Source: Deltaproteobacteria bacterium (lineage in GTDB: Bacteria; Myxococcota; Kuafuiibacteriia; Kuafuiibacteriales; Kuafuiibacteriaceae). Taken from it: DNA of 64,000 nucleotides. The stretch is taken from positions 352,001 through 416,000 of the forward strand of contig JAVJQW010000041.1 of assembly GCA_040218735.1 (NCBI GenBank), in the 5' to 3' direction. Below, piece by piece: positions 10,032-20,465 of the stretch. Each line of letters opens with the position of its first letter. Within the stretch, counting starts at the first letter, position 1. A program made the position numbers and the translations under genes. The notes beneath the pieces were generated by a model that was not told the origin of the DNA, did not search any database, and was given only the letters and a program-made list of their open reading frames with translations.

Positions 10032-11432
10032 GTGGTCTACGATCTGATCGTCATCGGCGGTGGGCCGACGGGTGAAAAGGCGGCGGTCGCCGCCGCGTTC
10101 TTCGACAAGAAGGTGGCGCTCGTCGAGCGCGCGTCGGCGGGGCCCGGGGGTGCGATGGTCCACACCGGCACGCTCCCGTCGAAGACGCTGCGCGAGACCG
10201 CGCTCTACCTCACGGGCTCGCGCAGCCGCGAGCTGTACGACGAGTTCTTCCAGGGCATCCCGGACGACCGGCGGAACGCGAAGGCGCTGATGTGTCGGCT
10301 GCCGACGGTGACGGGGCTGCAGGCGGATCAGATCGAGCAGAACCTCGAGCGACACGGGGTGGAGCTGATCGCGGGCGAGGGGGTGTTGGTCGATGCGACC
10401 CACGTCCGCGTCGGCGACCGAGTCCTCGAAGCGAAGAACTTCCTCATCGCCACCGGTTCGTCACCGCGCCGCCCGGCGGGGTTCGACTTCGACGACCCCG
10501 AGGTGCACGACAGCGACACCATCCTCGAGCTGGAGCGCCTGCCGAAGTCGTTCGCGATCATCGGCGGAGGCGTGATCGGCTCGGAGTACGCGTGTGTCTT
10601 CAGCGCGTTCGGCTGCAAGATCGAAGTCATCGAGAAACGTCCGCGGCTGATGTCGTTCCTCGACGAAGCGATCAGCGACGCGCTCATGGCGTCGATGGAG
10701 AAGAGCGGCATCGCGCTGCACCTCGACGACGGCGTGGAGCGCGTCGAGCGCGTCGGCGACAAACTCCAGCTCACGCTCGTGAGCGGCAAGGTGATGGAGG
10801 TCGACCAGGTGATGGTCTCCGCCGGGCGCGTCGGTAACACGTCGGGGCTCGGGCTGGAGGCGGTCGGCGTCGCGCTCGACGAGCGCAAGCTCGTTATCGT
10901 CGACGAGCACCTCCGCACGAACGTGCCGAACATCTACGCGGGCGGCGACGTGATCGGCCGCCCCGCGCTCGCCTCCACCGCGATGGAGCAGGGGCGCCTC
11001 GCGGTGGCGGCGATGTTCGGGTTGGAGATCCCGCCGCGCGACTTCGACACGATCCCCGCGGGCATCTACACCATCCCCGAGGCGTGCGCCTGCGGCCAGA
11101 CCGAGCAGGAGCTGGTGGCGAAGGGCATCCCGGTCGTCACCGGCACCTCGTACATGCGCCACAACGCCCGCGGGCAGATCATCGGAGACACCGACGGCTT
11201 CGTGAAGCTGGTCTTCCACCGCGACACCAAGAAGCTCCTCGGCACCCACATCATCTGCGAGCGCGCCACAGAGCTGATCCACGTGGGCCAGGCGGTGCAG
11301 CGCCTCGGCGGCGGCATCGACTACTTCATCGAGGCGGTCATGAGTTACCCGTCGCTCACCGTCGCCTACAAGTACGCGGCGTACGACGCGCTCGGGAAGT
11401 TGATGGGGCGGACGATTCACCCCCTGGAGTGA
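10032..11432 (+). CDS. sthA: Soluble pyridine nucleotide transhydrogenase
   Basis: YDLIVIGGGPTGEKAA, GGAMVHTGTLPSKTLRE without the redox CxxxxC, GIYTIPE, ATELIHVGQ, YPSL..AYK.AA.D. Confidence 0.88.
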   Translation: MVYDLIVIGGGPTGEKAAVAAAFFDKKVALVERASAGPGGAMVHTGTLPSKTLRETALYLTGSRSRELYDEFFQGIPDDRRNAKALMCRLPTVTGLQADQIEQNLERHGVELIAGEGVLVDATHVRVGDRVLEAKNFLIATGSSPRRPAGFDFDDPEVHDSDTILELERLPKSFAIIGGGVIGSEYACVFSAFGCKIEVIEKRPRLMSFLDEAISDALMASMEKSGIALHLDDGVERVERVGDKLQLTLVSGKVMEVDQVMVSAGRVGNTSGLGLEAVGVALDERKLVIVDEHLRTNVPNIYAGGDVIGRPALASTAMEQGRLAVAAMFGLEIPPRDFDTIPAGIYTIPEACACGQTEQELVAKGIPVVTGTSYMRHNARGQIIGDTDGFVKLVFHRDTKKLLGTHIICERATELIHVGQAVQRLGGGIDYFIEAVMSYPSLTVAYKYAAYDALGKLMGRTIHPLE

Positions 11433-11568
11433 CGCCTCCACCGGGTCGACCGACCGGGGCGGTCAAGGTCGCGCGCCGCGTGGGTACGGGCGCCCGATCG
11501 GAACGACACGGTGTGATCGATGTCTCTGGACTCCTCCGCGGGTGTGGCGTTCGATCGTTCGCACGAAC

Positions 11569-12756
11569 ATGAACCGCCCCCCCGTCGAGGCCTTGGTCTC
11601 ACTCGGCAGCCCTGCCTCGTCGGCGCCGCACGTGCTTCACGTGTTTCCTTCCTACGCGCTGGGCGGCGTTCCGATTCGCTTCGCGACGATCCTCAATCAC
11701 CTCGGTCCGCGTTACCGCCACACCATCTGCGCGCTCGATGGCAACCACGCGGCGTCGGTGCGCCTCGACCGCGCGCTGCACGTTCGGCTGATCGATCCGA
11801 GCATCGACAAACGGCGGCCGCTCGCGTCGCTCATGCGGATTCACGGGACGCTGCGGCACGAGCGGCCGAGCCTCCTCGTCACGCACAACTGGGGGGCCAT
11901 CGAGTGGGCGCTCGTCCGCGGCTTGCTGCGGGACCGCGTCCCGCACGTCCACTGCGAGAGCGGCTTCGACTCCGACGAATCGGATCGCCAGCTGCCCCGG
12001 CGTGTCCGACTGCGCCGCCTCGCGCTGTCGGGGCGCTCGACCCTCGTCGTCCCGTCGGAGTCGTTGCTGCGGATCGCGCGCGACGTGTGGCGCATCGACC
12101 GTCGTCGCATTCGCCACATCCCGAACGGCGTGGACTGCGAACGCTTCGGCGGCCTCGGTAACTCGAGCGCCGCGACCGGCTTCGTTCCGCGACCGGAGGA
12201 GCTGGTCATCGGGACCGTCGCGCCGCTGCGCAAGGTGAAGAACGTAGGCCGCCTGATCCGCTGCTTCGCGAAGGTCGCGCCCCGCTTCCCGACCGCACGT
12301 CTGCTCGTCGTCGGCGAGGGTGTGGATCGGCCGGCGCTCGAACAACTCGCCCAAGAGCTGGGCGTTGCGGAGCGTACCCACTTCACCGGGCACGTCGAAC
12401 GACCGCAGGACGTCTACCCGTTGATGAACGTCTTCGCGCTGACGTCCGACACCGAGCAGATGCCCAACACCGTCCTGCAGGCGATGGCCGCCGGGCGTGC
12501 CGTCGCGAGCGTCGACGTCGGCGACGTGAAGTCGATGCTCTCGATCGACAATCGCCGGTTCGTGGTCGCCCGTCCCGACGAGGACGCGCTCGCCGAAACC
12601 CTCGCCAAGCTCCTCGATGACGCCGCGCTGCGGACCCGGCTGGGCGCCGCCAACCGGGTCCATGTCCGCGCCCACTACGGGCAGTCCCGCATGTTTTCGG
12701 CCTACGAGGACCTGTTTTCGAGCTCGATCGCGCCCTCGGGCCGCCTCCGGCGCTGA
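11569..12756 (+). CDS. GT4-family glycosyltransferase
   Basis: GG motif near N-terminus, IPNGVD, KVKN, FALTSDTEQMPNTVLQAMAAG (E-x7-E-like motif). Confidence 0.88.
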   Translation: MNRPPVEALVSLGSPASSAPHVLHVFPSYALGGVPIRFATILNHLGPRYRHTICALDGNHAASVRLDRALHVRLIDPSIDKRRPLASLMRIHGTLRHERPSLLVTHNWGAIEWALVRGLLRDRVPHVHCESGFDSDESDRQLPRRVRLRRLALSGRSTLVVPSESLLRIARDVWRIDRRRIRHIPNGVDCERFGGLGNSSAATGFVPRPEELVIGTVAPLRKVKNVGRLIRCFAKVAPRFPTARLLVVGEGVDRPALEQLAQELGVAERTHFTGHVERPQDVYPLMNVFALTSDTEQMPNTVLQAMAAGRAVASVDVGDVKSMLSIDNRRFVVARPDEDALAETLAKLLDDAALRTRLGAANRVHVRAHYGQSRMFSAYEDLFSSSIAPSGRLRR

Positions 12757-12761
12757 TCCCG

Positions 12762-12788
12762 CAACGCGACGGGTCATTCCGCCGATAA
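12762..12788 (+). promoter_or_regulatory. Possible sigma28 (FliA)-type promoter CAAC-N15-GCCGATAA
   Basis: Exact GCCGATAA -10 consensus at 12781-12788 in the intergenic gap, 30 nt before the PLD ATG; the -35 match is imperfect. Confidence 0.4.
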
Positions 12789-12818
12789 CGTCAGGGGCGC
12801 TCAGCGCTCGTCACGGTC

Positions 12819-14735
12819 ATGAGCGTCTCGAAGACGGAGGGTACGCAGCGGCGGGCGCGGGTTCAGGTCGCGGCCCCCACCGTGTTGCCCAAGGTCGTGC
12901 GCCCGGACGAGGTGCTGGCCACCGACGCCAACGGCGCGCTCTTCGCGGCCAACGAAAACGTGCGCCGTACGCGTCGCGCCGACGACGCCACGGTCGCGCA
13001 GCCCGCGCAGCTCCGGGTGTTGTCGGAGGGCATCATCGGGCCACCGCCGCCCGCCGCGAACATCGACGCTCCCGCCCTCGACCGCGTCGCGCCCCCGATC
13101 CTCGAGCAGCAGTCGTTCCTGCGTTCGACGTTCGAGTCGCTCGCGCCGAAGACCACCCGCGCGACGCTGCGGTTCCTCAACAAAAACGTCGATGCGTGGC
13201 TCGGCGTTTGGCATGTCCTGAACAAAGCCGTCGGCGGGGTCGACGCGAGTTACTTCATCCTGGAGCGCGACATCTTCGGCATGTCGTTCCTCGGCGGCCT
13301 CCTCTCGAAGACGATGCAGGGCGACCCGGTCCGGCTCCTCGTCGACTCCGCGGGTGACTACCTGCGCATGAAAGGCTTCACGCTCCCGACGCGAGGCGGC
13401 GACTACCTGCAGGAGCTCGTCGAACACGGCGCCGAGGTGCGCATCTACAACCCGATGCACAAGAAGCTCCTGAACCTGCTGTTCGGGGGCTTCAACTTGT
13501 CGGCGGTCGCGAACAACCACGACAAGCTCGTGCGCTCCAAGACGATGGCGGAGACCGGCGGCCGCAACCTCGCCGCCGACTACCAGTCGGACCCCGACGC
13601 GCTCGACGAACCGGTCTATCGCGACACGTGTGTCCTCATCGAGAGCGAGGAGACGTCGAAGGAGCTGGAGGTCGCGTTCGAGCGCGAGTTCTACCAGGAG
13701 CACGTCACCTTCAAGCAGTTCAAGGACCTATTCGGGAACTGGCGCAAACGCGACGGCGAGCTGATCGGCGCGTACTGCATGATGGACGGTTGGGTGAAGG
13801 GCGACCTCGGTCTGTCGCGCGCCGCGATCGTCGCCGCGCGCACCGACAAGGCCGTGGCCAAGCGCCTCGCGGATCGCCTCGTCGAGATCGCGTTGGAGCG
13901 GATGCCCGCCGCGGGGTGTACGCGCAAGGTCGGGTGGCTGACGAAGCGATCGCTGCGCCGGTCGGCGCGTCAGCTCGTGAACCACACGGCGCTGTACGGC
14001 AGCTACGACGGGTTCGTCGCGGGTGAAAAACACGAAGACGTCGAAGTGAAGGTGCTCGACCGCCTCTCGGCGGCGGCGAACCAAAAGCGCGACCAACTCA
14101 CCCACGCGATTCGCGTCGCCGCGCTCTCCGCGACGAAGTCCATCCGCATCCACAACCCGTACGTGACGCTCAGCGAGGAGGCGATCGCCTGCCTCGAGCA
14201 GGCCGGGCGCCGCGGTGTGAAGATCGAGCTGCTCACGAACAGCCCCGCGAGCACGGACAACCGCGTCACCCAGGCGCTCTTCCTCGAAGACTGGCCGCGC
14301 CTCGCCGCGCGCATCCCGAACCTCTCGATCTTCGTCCTCGCAGGAGACCAGAAGTTGCACGCGAAGAGCATCGAGGTCGACGACGTGATGACCTTCGTGA
14401 AGTCGTACAACCTCGACCTGTTGAGTGAGTGTGTGAACAGCGAGCTCGGCATCGTCGCGTGGTCGGAGTCGTTCGCGAAGGCCGCGGGGCATGCGTTCGA
14501 CGGCGACATCTCGGATCCGCGCCACAACGTCGTCCAGTACCGCATCGAGCGCGACGCGAAGGGGCGCCCGGTCTACGACGAAGACGGCGAGCCGAAGGTC
14601 GCGTTCGGCGCCAAGGACCACATCCCCGAGAAGGCCTGGCGACGTTACCGCTGGTGGCGCAGGGGCGTGCGTTTGATGCGCAAGCTCCCGCTGTTCCGAT
14701 CGCACCAGCGACCGGCGCTCCCCGCTCAGATCTGA
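12819..14735 (+). CDS. Phospholipase D superfamily protein (ClsC-like two-HKD architecture) with long N-terminal extension
   Basis: NNHDKLV...GGRN (first motif lacks the D) and LHAKSIEVDD...SYNLD..S...NSE; no signal peptide or clear TM. Confidence 0.85.
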   Translation: MSVSKTEGTQRRARVQVAAPTVLPKVVRPDEVLATDANGALFAANENVRRTRRADDATVAQPAQLRVLSEGIIGPPPPAANIDAPALDRVAPPILEQQSFLRSTFESLAPKTTRATLRFLNKNVDAWLGVWHVLNKAVGGVDASYFILERDIFGMSFLGGLLSKTMQGDPVRLLVDSAGDYLRMKGFTLPTRGGDYLQELVEHGAEVRIYNPMHKKLLNLLFGGFNLSAVANNHDKLVRSKTMAETGGRNLAADYQSDPDALDEPVYRDTCVLIESEETSKELEVAFEREFYQEHVTFKQFKDLFGNWRKRDGELIGAYCMMDGWVKGDLGLSRAAIVAARTDKAVAKRLADRLVEIALERMPAAGCTRKVGWLTKRSLRRSARQLVNHTALYGSYDGFVAGEKHEDVEVKVLDRLSAAANQKRDQLTHAIRVAALSATKSIRIHNPYVTLSEEAIACLEQAGRRGVKIELLTNSPASTDNRVTQALFLEDWPRLAARIPNLSIFVLAGDQKLHAKSIEVDDVMTFVKSYNLDLLSECVNSELGIVAWSESFAKAAGHAFDGDISDPRHNVVQYRIERDAKGRPVYDEDGEPKVAFGAKDHIPEKAWRRYRWWRRGVRLMRKLPLFRSHQRPALPAQI

Positions 14736-15583
14736 AGCGGACGAATCCGCGCGGGGTCCTGGCTCTGCAGGAACGCGTCGTCCGCGGCGTACAGCTCGGA
14801 CTCGTGCACGACGACGACCTGCGTGTCCTCGCCGAGCTGACCCGCGAGCATCTTCAGCACGATGCGTTCGTCCGCGTGCATCGATTCGTTCGGTGCGAGG
14901 CACCTCAAGTGCCACTTCTTCGGGCCGAGCTCGATGGTGCCGTCGATGCGGAGCTGGTGCAGCCCGATCTGCATGCGCTCGCCGACCTCGACGAGCTTTC
15001 CGCCGGGCGCGAGCGTCGTCATCGCCGTGCGGATCGCGCGTGGTTTGAAGAGGAGCGCGGCGATCGCGTCGTCGGCGCGGGCGTCGGTCAGCGCGTCGAA
15101 CAGCGTCGAGGCGTCGGCGACGCGCGGGTCGTTGAAGCGCAGGCGAACGAAGGCGCTGCCGGCGCCGGTCTCCTCGAGGATCTTGTTCGTCTCGCGCTCG
15201 TCGATCCCGAACCCCTGCGCGAGGGACAAGAGAATCGCGCGCTCCTCCTCGGCGAGCTGCCGGTCGGCGCCGATCACCCGAGCGGCGAGAGCGATCGACT
15301 GGCGGCGTCGGAACGGATCCGCGAGCTGCTCCTCGACCGCACGGCGCGCGTCCCCGAACAGCGGCGCGTCCTCCGCGAGGACCTTCGCGCGCTCCAAAAT
15401 CCAATCCCAGGAGATCCCGGCGAGCTCGTCCTCCTCGCGCATCGCGCGGGCCAGGCCGTCGCGCTCCCCCTCGGACAACGCGCCGTCCGCGAGCGCGGTC
15501 ATGAGGACGACGTCGGCCAGCAGCTCCCGCTCGGGGCGTCCGGAAGAGAACAGCGAGGACCAAAAGCCGGGCAAGACGTCCAT
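14726..15583 (-). CDS. TerB-like domain protein with additional C-terminal domain
   Basis: ALADGALSEGE...VIGADRQLAEEERAIL TerB-type acidic motifs; start moved to ATG 15583. Confidence 0.7.
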   Translation of the reverse strand: MDVLPGFWSSLFSSGRPERELLADVVLMTALADGALSEGERDGLARAMREEDELAGISWDWILERAKVLAEDAPLFGDARRAVEEQLADPFRRRQSIALAARVIGADRQLAEEERAILLSLAQGFGIDERETNKILEETGAGSAFVRLRFNDPRVADASTLFDALTDARADDAIAALLFKPRAIRTAMTTLAPGGKLVEVGERMQIGLHQLRIDGTIELGPKKWHLRCLAPNESMHADERIVLKMLAGQLGEDTQVVVVHESELYAADDAFLQSQDPARIRPLQI

Positions 15584-15637
15584 CGAACGGTAACGAAGGG
15601 TCGAAACGCCGGCAAGGTGGTGTACGTTCATGGATCG

Positions 15638-16204
15638 ATGGGCGACGGACAGCAGCTCGAGGCGCTGGTGAAGAGCCTCGTCGGGCAGCCTTGTTGGAGC
15701 GCGGTGGCCGGCGACGCGGACGACTACGCGTTGGTCCTCGACTTCGGCGAAAAACACCGGCGGTCCCTCCGGCTCGCGAACCCGGAGCTGACGTTTCTGC
15801 AACGTACGTACGAGGGGAGCCACAGCCTCCTCGTCGAGTGTCCGTGGCGGATCGACGCGCCGTTCGGCGTGGCCGTGTCGTGTTTCGATGCGAGACGCGA
15901 GGACGGCAAGGCGAAGGATGCGTTGGACCAGCTCCTCGGCCGCGAGGTCGTGGCGGTCGACACGGCCTGGCCCGGGTTCGACCTGACGTTGCGGCTGACG
16001 GACGGGTGGGCCGTGCGGGTGTTCTGTATCGAGGTCGACGAAAAGAGCGGTCGCAAGAACTGGCACTGCTGGACGCCGGGCGGTCTCGTGGTCGTCGGTC
16101 CACGTTCCCGCGTGGAGCTCGCGACGTCGGCGGAGGCCAAGAAGGCCTTCGAACAGCTCCGTTTGGCGCCGTTCGAGGGGTTCGACCCCGGCGACGACGA
16201 ATGA
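15638..16204 (+). CDS. Hypothetical protein
   Basis: Coding-like composition (LVLDFG...LLVECPWRID); start moved to ATG 15638; divergent from the TerB-like gene. Confidence 0.7.
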   Translation: MGDGQQLEALVKSLVGQPCWSAVAGDADDYALVLDFGEKHRRSLRLANPELTFLQRTYEGSHSLLVECPWRIDAPFGVAVSCFDARREDGKAKDALDQLLGREVVAVDTAWPGFDLTLRLTDGWAVRVFCIEVDEKSGRKNWHCWTPGGLVVVGPRSRVELATSAEAKKAFEQLRLAPFEGFDPGDDE

Positions 16205-16244
16205 GTGACAACGCGGGGCATTTCGGTTACCCGCGACTGCACCG

Positions 16245-17159
16245 GTGGCCCGCAACAAGCAGAAGCAGGCGGCGGAAGAGCTCAAATCCCTCGCCAATAC
16301 CGATCGCGCGCGTGCCGACGCCGTGGACAACGTCCGCCGTCAGCTGAAGACCGTCATCAAGGTCTCCGCCATCTTCCTCGTCGTGACCTGGCTCCTCGCC
16401 TTCGGGTTCTGGAGCGGGTTGCAGTCGAACATCCCGCTGTACGCCGCGGGCGGTCTGACCGTGGCGGTCGGCATCGCGGCGTTCTTCATCAAGCGGAACT
16501 TCGACAAGTCGCAGGAGTTCGGGGCGCTGCTCGGCGAAGGTCTGTCCGACGAGGACCGCGCCGCGCGCATCGCGAAGCTCGACGCGAAGGTCGACAAGGG
16601 TGACGCCACCGCGATCATGACCAAGGCGCAGATGCAGATGCAGGACGCGCCGCGGGAAGCGCTCGAGACTCTGGAAAAAGTCAACCTCGAGAAGGCGAAC
16701 AAGATGGTCGCGACGCAGGTCCGTGGGATGCGCGCGATGATCCACCTGAACCTCGGTGAGCTGAAGGCCGCACGCGAGCTCGCCGACACCGTGGACCTCA
16801 GCAAGACGCCGGATCCCAAGTCGCGCGGGAACGTCGCGGCGATCGTCGCCGAGGCGTGGGCGCGGTCCGGCAACCCGATCGAGGCGGCCGAGCTCCTCGA
16901 CAAGTACGACCCGGACCACAAGGACTTCGAGGACATCCGTGTGCAGCTGCTGCGTGCACGCGCGTTCGCGAGCGCGCACAAGAAGGATATCAACGGGATG
17001 CGGCGCGCTCTGAAGCAGATGAACGAGATCAGCCCGCAGCTGCTCGCGCTGTTCGTCGGCCAGAAGCGCATCCACCCGCTGCTCGAAAAAGAGGCGAAGA
17101 AGAAGCTCGAGAAGAGCGGACTGATGCCTCGCCAGCGCGTGCAGATGGCGCGTCGCTGA
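16245..17159 (+). CDS. Membrane protein, two TM helices plus TPR-like helical domain
   Basis: Two hydrophobic segments followed by Ala/Leu/Lys-rich helical repeats. Confidence 0.7.
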   Translation: MARNKQKQAAEELKSLANTDRARADAVDNVRRQLKTVIKVSAIFLVVTWLLAFGFWSGLQSNIPLYAAGGLTVAVGIAAFFIKRNFDKSQEFGALLGEGLSDEDRAARIAKLDAKVDKGDATAIMTKAQMQMQDAPREALETLEKVNLEKANKMVATQVRGMRAMIHLNLGELKAARELADTVDLSKTPDPKSRGNVAAIVAEAWARSGNPIEAAELLDKYDPDHKDFEDIRVQLLRARAFASAHKKDINGMRRALKQMNEISPQLLALFVGQKRIHPLLEKEAKKKLEKSGLMPRQRVQMARR

Positions 17160-17284
17160 ATCAATCCGAGAACCCGCCGCGCTGCGTCGCGCACCCTCGT
17201 CGCGGACCGCGTACAGCGGCGACGTCGGTGTCTTGATTCGCCCTCGGGATGGCTCTCACCCTGGCGTCGAGGGGGGATGGATCC

Positions 17285-17800
17285 ATGCTGACGTTGACGG
17301 TTCGAGACATCATGACGAGTGAGGTCGTGACGGTGTTCGAGCGGGACTCGATGGAGACGGCGGAGCAGACGATGCACGCCGCGCGCGTTCATCACTTGCC
17401 GGTGCTCTCGAGCTCCGGGCGGCTCGTCGGCGTGCTGTCGCACTGCGACGTGCTGCGCGCGACGATGAGCTGCATCGCCGAGCCGACGGCGGACGAGGAG
17501 ACGGCGATCAAACAGTCGATCCCCGTCGCGATGTTGATGCGCGCGCCGGAGGGCGTCATCAGCCCGACGACTTCGGTGCGTCGTGCGGCGCGGCTCTTGT
17601 CGCGCTTCGACTACGGCTGTCTGCCGGTCGTCGAGAACGGACAACTCGTCGGGTTGGTGACGAAGGGGGCCTTCGTCGATCTCGTCGATCGTTTGCTCGA
17701 CGAAGACTCAGCCACGCCGGGCGCGTTCGAGGAGCAGGGGCACTTCTTCCACGGAGGAGACGAAGCGCGCCGCGAGGTCGAGCTTCTCGGTCAGGCGTAG
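17285..17800 (+). CDS. CBS domain pair protein
   Basis: VRDIMT...HHLPVL...GRLVGVLS and GCLPVVENGQLVGLVT. Confidence 0.85.
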   Translation: MLTLTVRDIMTSEVVTVFERDSMETAEQTMHAARVHHLPVLSSSGRLVGVLSHCDVLRATMSCIAEPTADEETAIKQSIPVAMLMRAPEGVISPTTSVRRAARLLSRFDYGCLPVVENGQLVGLVTKGAFVDLVDRLLDEDSATPGAFEEQGHFFHGGDEARREVELLGQA

Positions 17801-19225
17801 CTCGAGGGCGTGGCCGGTGCCCGCGGCGAAGAGGTGGCCGGGCATCTTGATCACGCCCAACACGTGACGCTCCGACGACGTGACGCCGGGGCCCTGCCAC
17901 AACCCGACCGAGAGGATGGGCGTCGTGGGGGGCTCCAACGGGATGCGTTTCGTCGCGGGGAGCTGCGTGTTGCGCTCGAACACGAAGTGCGTGGCGCCAC
18001 CGGGGAAGACGATGCCGATCGGGACACTCAGCACGTCGATCAACGTGGCGCCCAGGATGTCACCGACGCTCCGCGCGACGGCGGCCGCGCCGTGCGCGAC
18101 GCAGACGTCCGGGTCGAGGTGTGTGAGGGGCTGTTTGCCGAACGCGTCGGTGAGGCGTCGCCGCACGAGCGGCATTCGCGTCTGACCGCCGACGAGGATG
18201 ACGTGTTTGACGTCGTTCTTCGTCATGCCGCCCTTCGCGAGCATCTCCTCGGTGATGCCGATGGCGCGCTCCACTAGTGGCGCGGTGAGGCGTTCGAGCT
18301 CTCCGCGCGAGAGGTTGTAGTCGAGATCGAACATGCGCCCGCGGCGGTCGTGACCGACCATCGGGACGTGTACGCGAACGGCGTCCTGTGAAGACAGCGC
18401 GCACTTCGCAGCCTCCGCCGCGGCGAGCACACGCTGCGCGACGACCGGCTCCTCCGTGAGGTCGACGCGGTGCTCCTGCTGCGTGTGATCGATGAGGCGG
18501 TCGACGATCGCGCGGTCGAAGTCGATGCCGCCGAGGAAGCCGTCGCCCTGCGTGACCTTCACGTCGAAGACGTCGCCGACGAGCTCGAGCACACTCGCGT
18601 CGAAGGTGCCGCCGCCGAGGTCGAAGATGACGATGCGGGTGTCGAGGCGCTGGCCGTACCCGAACGCGAGGGCGGCGGCGGTCGGTTCGTTCACCAGGCG
18701 CAGGACGTTCAACCCAGCGGCGCGCCCTGCGACCTCGATCGCTTCGCGTTGCCCTTGGTCGAAGTGGGCGGGGACGGAGATGACACAGTCGCGGATGTCG
18801 GTGCGCAGCGCGGCGCTCGCTTGGTGGCGGACCTGATCGAGCACGACCGCGGCCACGCGTGTGAACGGGACGACGTTCGGACCGATCACCGCGCCGAGCT
18901 GTTGATCCGGATCGGTGTGGATGCGGAACGGGAAGCGGTCGCGGTGTCGCTGCACGTACTCGCTGCGGAGCGAGCGACCGATGAACCGCTTCCACCCGTA
19001 GATGGTGGTGAGCGGGTCGGTCAGCATCATGTCCTTCGCGAGCCACCCGACCAGCGGCAGCACGGGGTTCTTCAACGACACCACCGACGGCATGACGGGC
19101 TGACTGCGCCCGTGGAGGATGGAGATCGGTCCCGGGCGGTCGGGTCCATACGCAACGGCTGCGGTGTTCGTGGTGCCGAGGTCGATGCCGAGGACCCACC
19201 CACGCTTGTCACCGAAGAGGTTCAT
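17708..19225 (-). CDS. Hsp70/DnaK-family paralogue, C-terminally shortened
   Basis: GIDLGTTN, ISVPAHF, NEPTAAALAFG, FDLGGGTFD, LVGGQTRMP; about 505 aa, no helical lid. Confidence 0.9.
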   Translation of the reverse strand: MNLFGDKRGWVLGIDLGTTNTAAVAYGPDRPGPISILHGRSQPVMPSVVSLKNPVLPLVGWLAKDMMLTDPLTTIYGWKRFIGRSLRSEYVQRHRDRFPFRIHTDPDQQLGAVIGPNVVPFTRVAAVVLDQVRHQASAALRTDIRDCVISVPAHFDQGQREAIEVAGRAAGLNVLRLVNEPTAAALAFGYGQRLDTRIVIFDLGGGTFDASVLELVGDVFDVKVTQGDGFLGGIDFDRAIVDRLIDHTQQEHRVDLTEEPVVAQRVLAAAEAAKCALSSQDAVRVHVPMVGHDRRGRMFDLDYNLSRGELERLTAPLVERAIGITEEMLAKGGMTKNDVKHVILVGGQTRMPLVRRRLTDAFGKQPLTHLDPDVCVAHGAAAVARSVGDILGATLIDVLSVPIGIVFPGGATHFVFERNTQLPATKRIPLEPPTTPILSVGLWQGPGVTSSERHVLGVIKMPGHLFAAGTGHALELRLTEKLDLAARFVSSVEEVPLLLERARRG

Positions 19226-19277
19226 GAAGAGCGGTCCGGGTGGTTTGACACGCCGAAGGGCGCGAGACAACGCCCGC

Positions 19278-20461
<1,184 letters not shown>

Positions 20462-20465
<4 letters not shown>

